Shown: positions 50,308 to 64,000 of the stretch, one piece after another | How positions within the stretch are numbered: the first letter of the stretch is position 1 | Layout of the letters: every line of letters begins with the position of its first letter | Assembly (NCBI RefSeq): GCF_009914755.1 | Contig: NC_060932.1 | DNA: 64,000 nt | Source: the human T2T-CHM13v2.0 reference genome, Homo sapiens | Reading direction: 5' to 3' (one strand) | Program-made: the position numbers and the translations under genes | The notes under the pieces: generated by a model | The model's input: the letters and a program-made list of their open reading frames with translations, nothing else | Told to the model about the DNA's origin: nothing | The model's database searches: none

Positions 50308-51593
50308 GTTTTAAAAGCTCCCCAGTTGAACTTAATATGCAACACAGTTTAAAAGCCACAGATATAAATAAATATTTTAAATAAGAATATAATATGCTTG
50401 TCTTATAGCAGGTCTATCTGTAGATGGCATTTCTCTTCATTATCACATAGTTTAAGCCAGTGCTTCCCATCATTTTAAAATCACGGTGTACACAGAAAAC
50501 TGTGATAGATTATATAGCTCACCGAGGGTAAATAGAGCAGGTTGTATGGAGCAGAAGTAACCAGCCCAGAAACCTCAGCTGCTCCAGTTGGAGCCAAGCT
50601 TCCCAGGGCAAAAGGTCAGCATCAAGGCCCACGGGTAACCCATTCCTTCCTGCTCAAAGATGGAGGCATTATGCCTGAAATTATACTAAAGTGTAGAGTC
50701 AACAAACAACAGAAGGAAGACGTAAGTATACATGAAAACTAATTGCATTGATTTTTCTCTCTTTTTTTATGAGGCTCCTGGGTTTCAGGCCGGTTTAAAA
50801 AAGGATTTTCACAGACTAGAATGAGCCTGTGAGTACATAGGCAATCTCAGAGTACTTCAGGAGGCACACGTGACACAAACTCATCCTTCATTCTGAATTA
50901 ATGGCCAAAGAAACGCAAATTTTGCTTAAATCTAGAGTCATTCCAGCTCAAGTTCCACCAATATTATTCTGACCCTCTTCCTCAAGGCTAGACAAGGTTG
51001 GGAATTGTCATTTCCTTTATCTTACCTTAAGCTCCACTATGAGAGAAGTGTGAAGAACTTAATAATCACCAGCACCAGAACCTAATTAAGAATGGATTTG
51101 AAAGCTATAAAATCATAGCAATATAAGAAAGGAAGAAAGATCCATTTTTATTAAAAGTACATCTTTTTAATAGAAATAAAGAACATATAGCATATGGAAT
51201 GAGAATACAAAATAAGACAGAAAAAGCTGATTTTAATTGTGCTTAATTAAGAACTGTACATGTGGGATTATGAAAAAGAAAAGAATAGTTGGCTTCAATT
51301 ACTTTTTGCCAAAAAACAGATAGGATGAAATGTAGCTTTTAAAGTATAAAATTAAATCATTCAAGAGGGGTTGTACTGAGGTAAATTTCATATTTTAAAC
51401 TTTTGCAGCTGGTAAATAACAATGTTCAAAGGTTTTACTTAAGTTATTTCAAACTCAAATTTCGGAGATCAGGAGGAGTAATGTGTAAGAACTTTTTCCC
51501 CCAAAATATTTATGAAGCATCAACTGTGAGCAGTGCCGTATTTCCTGTCTATACTGACAGTCTAATTCAAAACCAAGATATAGTTACCATGAG

Positions 51594-52187
51594 TGAAACT
51601 GCTCCTGTAAACTTTATAAATTCAATCAGGGAAGAAGGGACGGGGAGAAATGAAAATAAAGCAAGCTTGCAGCACACCCAGCATTAATCATTATGTTAGA
51701 TGCTCTGTGATCCATTCCTCATAGTTGTTTGCCTATTGCCTCCGAATTACATAGACCCTGTTACAAGATTACCGTTCCCCTTCACTGCTCTACAGATAAA
51801 AACTTAAAATACCTCAAAGGGAAAACATAAGTTCTATTCTTTCAAGTCCTGCAAGCCCTGTAAAAGAATGAAACTACTGACATCAGCTAGTCTGAAGGAC
51901 CCCACAAGAAGCTGACTCACCAAAGAATGCAGTTTCTACATCCTCATGATGTCATCCCCCTTACCCCAAATATCAACAATCTCAATGCTCCAACCTCTCA
52001 CCCTCCATGATCCCATTAAAAACCCCAGCCAAGTGCTCCTTGGGGAGACGAACTTGAGGGTCTCCTCCCATCTCCTCACTTGGTATCCGGTGAGCATTAA
52101 ACTCTTTCTCTGCTGTAAACTCTGTTGTCTCAGTGTAACTGATCTGTTACTGTACAGTGGTCCTGTGTACTTGCTAGTCCTATAACA
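51594..52187 (+). mobile_element. ERV1 solo LTR (LTR26-like)
   Basis: TGAAACTG..CCTGTAAACTTTATAAA.TCAATCAGGGAAGAAGGG...ATTAAACTCTTTCTCTGCTG...CTATAACA. Confidence 0.75.
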
Positions 52188-52418
52188 GGAAGAGGAGGAA
52201 AAAAGAAGGAAAGAAGTAGGAGAAAGAGGAGCAGGAAAAGAAAACATGTTGAGAAGTATTTACTTGCCTCACTTCAAAGAATATCACAGACATTAACAAT
52301 CTTACACTCTGGAGAAAGTACTTACTCTTTGAGGTTCAAATTCTTTGTTGATAAGATGTGTACAGGAATTTCTGCTGGTGGATTCATTGTAGGAAAAGGT
52401 AGAATGCGTACTACATAC

Positions 52419-52752
52419 TGTAAGGAAAACGGATGTGCTGCGGTCAAGAATAGGTCGAAGCAGACATCCGGTCCAGCATGACTCAGTGAGTTTGGAGCTC
52501 ACTCACACAACTCAGCTCATTAGGTAACCACGCCACGTGAGGCGCATTAGTAACCAGTCACGTGAGCGCGTGCTTGATTCAGAGCCACTGTCGTCTGTAA
52601 AAGTTATAACTACACTGCTGATGCTGTACATATGGCTTATGCGCAGAGAGAGAGAAAAGCCATGTCAAAACTGTCTACGATTCCCCCAGTGTTTTTCCGG
52701 CTACCCACCACTCACCCACTGACTCCCCTCGGACCTCAGTTAGAACCTGACA
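52419..52752 (+). mobile_element. LTR18A-like (ERVL/HERV18) solo LTR
   Basis: TGTAAGGAAAA.GG.TGTGCT...CAGCATGACTCAG...GGACCTCAGTTAGAACCTGACA; perfect 5-bp TSD CATAC. Confidence 0.85.
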
Positions 52753-53069
52753 CATACCTTGAACAATCCTGGGCACATAGAATGTAGGTTTGTGGTTGAA
52801 TACCCTCACCACCTCCATCTTAGTATATTTAAAGCTAAAGTCACAGCTTTTCTCCTTACATTAAAGCATCCTTCTCTTTTGAATTGTTGCATTCTATTTT
52901 ATCTGCCCAATATTTCTTAGAGGCGATGTTTTCACTTCTTACCATCACCTCATGAGTTAAAATTTTGATACTTAACTCTTTAGTTATTGTAGTATCTACC
53001 TAATTGATGTTTTTCCTTTCTACCTTTGCAAATTGCCTGTTCCAAATATAAGTAGAAACAAGCAAGAAA

Positions 53070-53930
53070 GAACTCTGAAGGATAATTCATCTCAGCTGGA
53101 ACCCATGGCCTCATAGGGGCTTCCTTACAATCAACTAACTGAAGGGGAAAAGCCTGAGCTTGGTCCATGGGATCAGTTGGCTGATAGGTTAGTAAAAGTA
53201 TAAAATGGTATGCCATCACTCCAGCCCCACCCAGGGACTGCCTGAAGACTGGGGGTAAAGGAACATCCTCTCAATGAGCAGAACTGCAAGCAAACCTGGT
53301 TATTCATCTTGGCTGCAAAGAAGAGTAATATGAGGTAAAGATATATGGAACTGCTGGGCTTGTCTTCATGGGCAGAAGCCTGGTAGTGGCAAGACTAGAA
53401 GAGAGTAAAAATGAAATTTGTGTTGAGGCAAGTTTATGAACCTATTGGAGTAGTACAAAGGGTGTGGAGGATTGCTGGCACATTAATGCCTGTAGGAGAA
53501 CATCTGCTACATAAGAAGCACTCAACAGCTAGGGAGGAAGGATGACTTATTCTGTGGATATCAGCCAACCTCCTCAACCACCTAGATTATGCACAGTGGA
53601 TATATGAGCACAAAGTCAGGAATAGAGTCTATGCACAGACCCAAAGCATGGACCTCCTAATGTTGATCTAGCTACTGCTTCTACTGATTATTCTATAAAG
53701 AAAATTACATGTATCCCAGATGTAGAGTTGCATTCCTGCCCCCTGCCAGGGTAAAGACTTACAGAGCTTCTGCTCTATCCAGTGGAAGTTACTCTACCAC
53801 ACAAATAACTTAGATGCAATGACATATTGGCTGAGTATGAGGAAAGTCTAGAATGGGTGGTGGAGAAAAGGGATGAGAAGTATCAGCTATAGCATCAGGA
53901 CCATTTGCAGCAGTGGGACCTCTACCTTTT
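53070..53930 (+). pseudogene. ERVL-class internal relic (pol RNase H to 3' end; ERV3-16A3/ERVL-E-like)
   Basis: Manual translation gives PMAS*GLPYNQLTEGEK and LKTGGKGTSSQ*AELQA, resembling HERV-L RNase H (WGVPYDQLTEEEK; GKSSQWAELRA); the end GGGTGGTGGAGAAA...TATCAGCTA resembles the ERVL pol 3' end. Confidence 0.7.
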
Positions 53931-53939
53931 TCCACTAAC

Positions 53940-54528
53940 TCTTATGGATTAAATTGCATCCTCCAAAAACATATGTCAAAATCCTAATCTCCAGTGTCTT
54001 AGAATGTGACCTTACTTGGAAATACAGTTTTTGCAGATTTAATTAGTTATGATGAAATAATACTGGAGTAGGGTGGGCCCTTGATCCAATATAACTGGTG
54101 TCCTTATAAGGAAAGGGAAATGTAGACACAGAGACAGAGACGCATGGAGAGGAGAATGCCACGTGAAGACAGACACAGATGGAAGACAGCCATGTGAAGA
54201 TGGAGACAGAAATTGGAGTTATGCTACCCAAGCCAAGGAATGCCTAGGAGCGGGAAAAGGAAGGAAGGATCATACTCTGGAGGCTTCCAGAGACAGCACT
54301 TTGATTTTAAGATTTCTAGCCTCCAGAATGGAGAGAGAGTAAGCTTCTGTTTTTTTGTGTGTGGGGTGTGTGTGTGTGTGTGTGTGTGTCTGTGTGTCTG
54401 TGTGGCTGGGGAGGATTGAGGGTTTTTTGTTTTTTGTTTGTTTGTTTGGTTTTTTGGGGTTTTTTGGTTTTCTTATTTTGCCACTCAGCTTGCAGTAATT
54501 TGTTACAGCTGCCCCAGAAAACTAACAC
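53940..54528 (+). mobile_element. MLT1C-like MaLR LTR with internal low-complexity insert
   Basis: AATGTGACCTTA.TTGGAAATA...CTGGTGTCCTTATAAG...CAAGCCAAGGAATGCC...TAATTTGTTACAGC.GCCCCAGAAAACTAACA. Confidence 0.85.
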
Positions 54529-54541
54529 GCCTTCAGAATGG

Positions 54542-54665
54542 TTTTTTTGTCGTTGTTGTTGTTTTGCTTTTTTTGAGACGGAGTCTCACTCTGTTGCCCA
54601 GGCTGAAGTACAGTGGCACAATCTTGGCTCACTGCAACCTCTGTGTCCCGGATTCAAGCAATTCT
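54542..54665 (-). mobile_element. Strongly 5'-truncated AluS (3' ~95 nt plus tail)
   Basis: TTTTGAGACGGAGTCTCACTCTG...TTCAAGCAATTCT; TSD AGAATGG. Confidence 0.85.
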
Positions 54666-54679
54666 AGAATGGAGTTCTT

Positions 54680-55240
54680 TTGTAGAGATTGCAGTCAGCT
54701 ACATATTTTAAGGCTATACGATGAGTATGTCCAACCAGCATATGAAGTGGAGCATGAAGATTTCTCATATGTCCTTTTGGAACATATTTTTTTCCAGCTA
54801 TTGCTGCACCAACTGGCTGCGTGCAGGGGTACCCTTGTAGCACTTTGGGCTGTATATCTCTTACTTGCTGTCCTGGGCTTTTTTTGTTGTTCAACATGAA
54901 AATCTGAAAGTGTTCACATAGCCATGCTGTTTACGGTATACCAGGAAGTACAAGGGAGTCATTACACCCTTGGGCAATATTTGATCAATAGAAGATGGAA
55001 GCCAGTGGCTAAAATTTCCCACTCCTATGCCTAGGATAGACCATTCAGAGATGCTCTTTACACTGTTCCTCAGAGAGCCTACATGGCAACCAGCTCAATA
55101 ATGCATCCTTGAATTGCGTTTATTTCTTTCCCTGTTTCTGTGTTCTCTGTCATTTCATTTTAGTTTCCCGGGATCTCTTTCCAAAGAAAACTATCAACAA
55201 GCAAGCAGCCTTTACCATCAGAAAGAACCCACAGTGAACT
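54680..55240 (+). mobile_element. LTR16-family LTR, probably the 3' LTR of the adjacent ERVL relic
   Basis: GGAAGTACAAGGGAGT...TTGATCAATAGAAGATGGAAGCCAGTGG...CAACCAGCTCAATAATGCA...TTCCCGGGATC...CCAAAGAAAACTA. Confidence 0.65.
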
Positions 55241-55284
55241 AGCAATGGAGTTCTGCCAGATATTTGTGACTGATTTTTTATCAC

Positions 55285-55340
55285 TATAAGACAAGCCCTA
55301 GAATAGCACCTTGCACTTAATAGGACTCAGTAAATATATA
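55285..55340 (+). mobile_element. L2 3' terminus
   Basis: CCTAGAATAGCACCTTGCAC.TAATAGG.ACTCAGTAAATA...TTGTTGAATGAATGAATG. Confidence 0.7.
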
Positions 55341-57194
55341 TTTGTTGAATGAATGAATGCACAATAACATTGATCCTTTAATAATTGTATGTTATATACA
55401 TTGCAGTTAACTGCATATTCTACTAAGGTAATATCTTTGTAGGGATCCAGACTTTGCATTTCTTTTCCTTGCCTACATGGATATTATGTGTGGTTAAAAA
55501 ATCAAGATAAGCTGTGTATGTGGAAAGTTATATAATTTTAACCCTAATATCATTATTAAAAATAAAATCAGATTAGTACTGTTTACTTGTTTTCATAGAA
55601 GCATGCAGATTGCAGGTACTCAAGTCTAAAAATGACTCCTTGCATGTGTCTTCACATTCTGCTTCTTAAAATATATTATATATATTTAAAATATATTATT
55701 AATGATTTTGCAGAGGTTGCTAGGAATGATTATATGAAACAACGCTATCTGTAAGGCTCTTTCAGAATCTAGAGATTAATTCTCTGACCCTGCATACTTG
55801 AATTCAGAGAAGAGTAGAATTTCATGACAAATGCTAACTTAAATGCCAGTTTCTAGAGGACACCATGTAAGGAAGCTCATGCTTTAGTGTATGGGATGTT
55901 TGGCTAGCTCTCTGACTTTCTAAACAAATGGAATATCTGAGAAACTGCATCAAATGATAACTGCTATGCGTGACCTCCCCGTCTCTGCCCTGCTCCTACT
56001 CATGACTAATTCCAACCTATCCCAACTTTCTGTCCTGATGTTTTTCCTGCATTTGCACCTTCTTTATGTAGGAGGAGAAGTAAGATTCTGTTGTGTGATT
56101 ATCTAAGAAAGAAGAATCCTCATAGTAAAAGAATAATTTCCCCAGTTTTTTTTGACAGATACTAACATTGCATTAACTAGCCAAGAAAGAAGAGGGATCT
56201 TCCTATATATTTTCAGGTTCATATAGCACACATAGCTACAAATTTTATCAGATTATTTACACATCTGAGCATGGCATTCAAGGAGAAAAATGGAGGGGGG
56301 AGGATAGAACTACAGCATTTAATAAGGCTTTTTTTTCCTCATTCAATGATGATGAAACAGAAAATATATACCAACTGAATCCATGAAAAGATACTGCAAA
56401 ACAAAGAGAAATATAAACAATTAAATATCTCTAGAATTTGAAATATAGTTACTGGATAGTCTTATTCATAGACTAATTCCTCAGTACCTGCTCAATTCCC
56501 AAATATGACCTATGGTCCTGGATGGTTTGGCCCTTCACTACCTCTTTAATATCATATTGTATCATGATCCCACTGGCTTTTGACAGCAGAGAGTCAGGAA
56601 ACTGAAATATCAGATGCATTCACACCCTAGAATGTGTGCAGGATCCCAACAGAAGATGATTTCCATTGAAGACCACCTCCAAAGACAAAATTACGCAGCA
56701 GATAAAAAACCTAGTTCCATGTGACACAGTCACAAATGTGTGACTATAGAGGAAAAGTTAACCTGAAAAGAAACTATATTTTTATGTATATTAGAAAGGC
56801 AATTTGTCAAAATATACTAAAAGTCAATAAAATATAAAGGCTCTCTGACTTGGTGATTTCAATCTTAGAAACTAACCTTAAAAAAGAGAAATAAGGGACT
56901 TGCTGGCAAGATGGCTGAATAGGACCAGCTCCGGTCTGCAGCTCCCAGCAAGATCGATGCAGAAGGTGGGTGATTTCTGCATGTTCAACTGAGGTATCCA
57001 TTTCATCTCACTGGGACTGGTTGGAGAGTGGGTGCAGCCCACAGAGGGTGAGCTGAAGCAGGGTGGGGGATCGCCTCACCCGGGAACCACAAGGGGTCGG
57101 GGGATTTCTCGTTCCTAGCCAAGGGAAGCTGTGAGAGACTGTACCGGGAGGAACAGTGCACTCTGGCTCAGATACTGCACTTTTCTCATGGTCT

Positions 57195-57359
57195 TCACAA
57201 CGGGCAGACCAGATTACCTCCAGTGCATGGCTCGGCAGGTCCCACCCCCACAGAGCCCAGCAAGCTAAGATCCACTGGCTTGAAATTCTTGCTGCTAGCA
57301 CAGCATTCTGAGATTGACCCAGGATGCTCGAGCTTGGTGAGGGGAGGGGCGTTCACCAT
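57195..57359 (-). CDS. ORF0-like antisense ORF in the L1PA7 5'UTR (54 aa; expression unknown)
   Basis: MVNAPPLTKLEHPGSISECCAS...GSVGVGPAEP sits at the ORF0 position. Confidence 0.35.
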   Translation of the reverse strand: MVNAPPLTKLEHPGSISECCASSKNFKPVDLSLLGSVGVGPAEPCTGGNLVCPL

Positions 57360-58052
57360 TGCTGAGGCTTGAGTAGGGGGTTTTACCTTCACAGTGTAAA
57401 CAAAGCTACCAGGAACTTGGAACTCGGCAGAGCCCACTGTAGCTCAGCAAGGCCCCTGCAGCCAGACTGCCTCTCTAGGCAGGGCATCACTGAAAAAAAG
57501 GCAGCAGCCCTAGTCAGGGACTTATAAATAAAACCCCCATCTCCCTGGGAAAGAGCACCTGGGGGAAGAGGCAGCTGTGGGCACAGCTTCAGCTGACTTA
57601 TATGTCCCTGCCTGACAGCTCTTAAGAAAGCAGCAGATCTCCCAGCACAGCATTCAAGCTCTGATAAGGGACAGGCTGCCTCTTCAAGTGGGTCTCTGAC
57701 CCCCATGTATCCTGACTGGGAGACACTTCCCAGTAGGGGCCGACAGACATCTCATACAGGAGAGCTCTTGCTGGTATTTGGTGGCTGCTCCTCTGGGATG
57801 AAGCTTCCAGATGAAGGAACAGGCAGCAATCTTTGCTGTTCTGCAGCCTCTGCTGGTGATACCCAGGCAAACAGGGTCTAGAGTGGACCTCCAGCAAACT
57901 CCAGTAGACCTGAAGAAGATGGGCCTGACTGTTAGAAGGAAAACTAACAAACAGAAAGGAATAGTAGCAACAGGAACAAAAAAGACATCCACTCAGAGAC
58001 TCCATTTGAAGGTAACCAACATCAAAGACCAAAGGTAGATAAATCCACAAAG

Positions 58053-59065
58053 ATGGGGAGAAACCAGAGCAAAAAACTGAAAACTCCAAAAACCAGAATA
58101 CCTCTCCTCCTCAAGAAGATCACAACTCCTTGCCAGCAAGGGAACAAAACTGGACAGAGAATGAGTTTGATACATTGACAGAAGTAGGCTTCAGGAGGTG
58201 GGAAATAACAAACTCCTCTGAACTAAAGGAGCATATTCTAACCCAATGCAAGGAAGCTAAGAACCTTGAAAAAAGGTTAAATGAATTGCTGACTAGAATA
58301 ATCAGTGTAGAGAAGAACATAAATGACCTGATGGAACTGAAAAACACAGCACGAGAACTCTGTGAAGCATACATAAGTATCAATAGCTAAATCAATCAAG
58401 CAGAAGAAAGGATATCAGAGATTGAAGATCAACTTGATGAAATAAAGTGAGAAGACAAGATTAGAGAAAAAAGAATGAAAAGAAATGAACAAAACCTCCA
58501 AGAAATACGGGACTATGTGTAAAGACCAATCTATGTTTGATTGGTGTGCCTGAAAGTGACAGGGAGAAGAGAACCAAGTTGGAAAACACTCTTCAGGATA
58601 TTATCCAGGAGAACTGCCCCAACCTAACAAGGTAAGCCAACATTCAAATCCAGGAAATACAGAGAACACCACAAAGATATTCTTTGAGAAGAGCAACCCC
58701 AAGACACATAATCGTCAGATTCACCAAGGTTGAAATGAAGGAAAAAATGTTAAGGGCAGCCAGAGAGAAAGATTGGGTTACCCACAAAGGGAAGCCCCTC
58801 AGACTAACAGCGGATCTCTCGGCAAAACCCCTACAAGACAGAAGAGAGTGGGGAGCAATGTTCAACATTCTTAAAGAAAAGAATTTTCAACCCAGAATTT
58901 CATATCTAACCAAAATTATCTTCACAAATGACAGAGAAATAAAATCCTTTACAGACAAGCAAATGCTGAGAGATTTTGTCACCGCCAGGACTGCCTTACA
59001 AGAGCTCATGAAGGAAGCACTAAACATGGAAAGGAACAACAGGTACCAGCCACTGCAAATTGTAA
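58053..59065 (+). pseudogene. L1 ORF1p, disrupted
   Basis: ATG GGG AGA AAC CAG; several stops and frameshifts; small deletion just before the normal stop. Confidence 0.9.
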
Positions 59066-59128
59066 AAACCATTGATGCTATGAAGAAACTGCATCAACTA
59101 ACGGGCAAAATAACCAGCTAGCATCATA

Positions 59129-62925
<3,797 letters not shown>

Positions 62926-63145
62926 ACAATGAGAACACATGGACACAGGGAGGGGAACATCACACACTGGGACCTGTCGGGGGGATAGGGGCTAGGGGAG
63001 GGATAGCATTAGGAGAAATACCTAATGAAGATGACGGGTTGATAGGTGCAGGAAACTACCATGGCACATGTATACCTATGTAACAAACCTCCACATTCTG
63101 CACATGTACCCTAGAACTTAAAGTATAATAAAAAAAGGGAAATAA

Positions 63146-63515
63146 ACACATTTTTAAGCAATGATGTTCATTGCAATATTATTTATAATAAAATGTCACA
63201 AACCTACCTACTTAACAATAAGTGATTAGTAAAAGAAAGTATGGTTCAACTATATGTGATGCAGTAGGCAGCCATTAAAATGTATGAGAATCATAAAAAC
63301 ATGGTAAATATTTATTATATAATATCAAATGGAAAATTCAAGTTACAAAGTAGAATATGCAAGGAGATTCTAATTTATATATAGACCCAGATATAGAGCC
63401 AAATGAAGTGGCTAAGTTAGGTGACAGGATTACAAGTAATTGTCTTCCTTTTTGTTGTTTTTCTGTATTTTCCAAATGTTCTTCAAAGGAATGGTATTGC
63501 CTTTATAATAGGAGG
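63146..63515 (+). mobile_element. Old L1ME-like 3' relic hosting the L1PA7 (upstream piece at about 56790-56894)
   Basis: GATGTTCATTGCAATATTATTTATAATA...GCAGCCATTAAAA...TTTTCTGTATTTTCCAAAT continues the pre-insertion L1M-like sequence. Confidence 0.6.
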
Positions 63516-64000
63516 AATATCCAATGCACTTTGTAAAAATGATAGTAGTATATTACTTTTGAAAGGAATGAATCAAAATGCAGTTTAATGATATTGTAAT
63601 CTTTTGTAGAGAGCAGACCTCTATATATCTATAATAAATGGATAACAAAACATATTTTGCTGAACAGAGCCAATACCACTTTGTGGGCTACTGTTGTTTT
63701 TTCTGTGACTTTTGATCATAATTTCAGATGATGTAGTGGACATTTGTTGTAAGCCCCAAGAATAATTTTTCCTGAAGATTTTCTGCAAATAACTTTTACA
63801 CACTAAAAGATTGAAATAGAATCAAAACTTATAAAATCAGGCAAGACAGGGGGAAAAAAGGTTCAAAGGGTCCTACTGTAATTTTTCAAAAGAACACATT
63901 GTTCCCTCATTGCTTTGTCTCCATTAAAAAGACCTATGTGCTTTGCTTTAATTTATACCGAAGACAGTTGGAATTTGGAATAAATTAAAGTATAAGATGA

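Noticed and set aside
58684-59121. ORF1 reading through the inter-ORF spacer
   Set aside because: Caused by a small deletion before the stop codon in an ORF1 already broken upstream; it stops before ORF2

Overview
This is AT-rich, repeat-dense primate genomic DNA, almost certainly human because it carries a consensus-like AluYb8. It is intergenic or deep-intronic, and I recognise no host protein-coding exon, RNA gene or CRISPR array. The window is dominated by retroelements: two full-length but disabled + strand L1s (L1PA5-like 15270-21385; L1PA7-like 56895-63136) and a young L1PA2-like twin-priming insertion with a 19-nt 3' transduction tag (29845-31663). It also holds several old L1M relics, 12 Alus, MaLR/ERV1/ERVL solo LTRs (THE1, MLT1, MER34C-like, LTR26-like, LTR18A, LTR16), an ERVL pol relic and hAT/Tigger MITEs. 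Almost every ORF in the track is an L1 fragment, an Alu read-through or chance. I found no convincing new biological system. The best leads are an ORF0 frame open across the L1 5'UTR into the flank, a four-level nested insertion, a traceable L1 source tag, three template-switch-like palindromes inside SINEs, a motif-rich LTR18A and a few candidate non-coding exons. Subfamily names come from recalled diagnostic positions, not from alignments.
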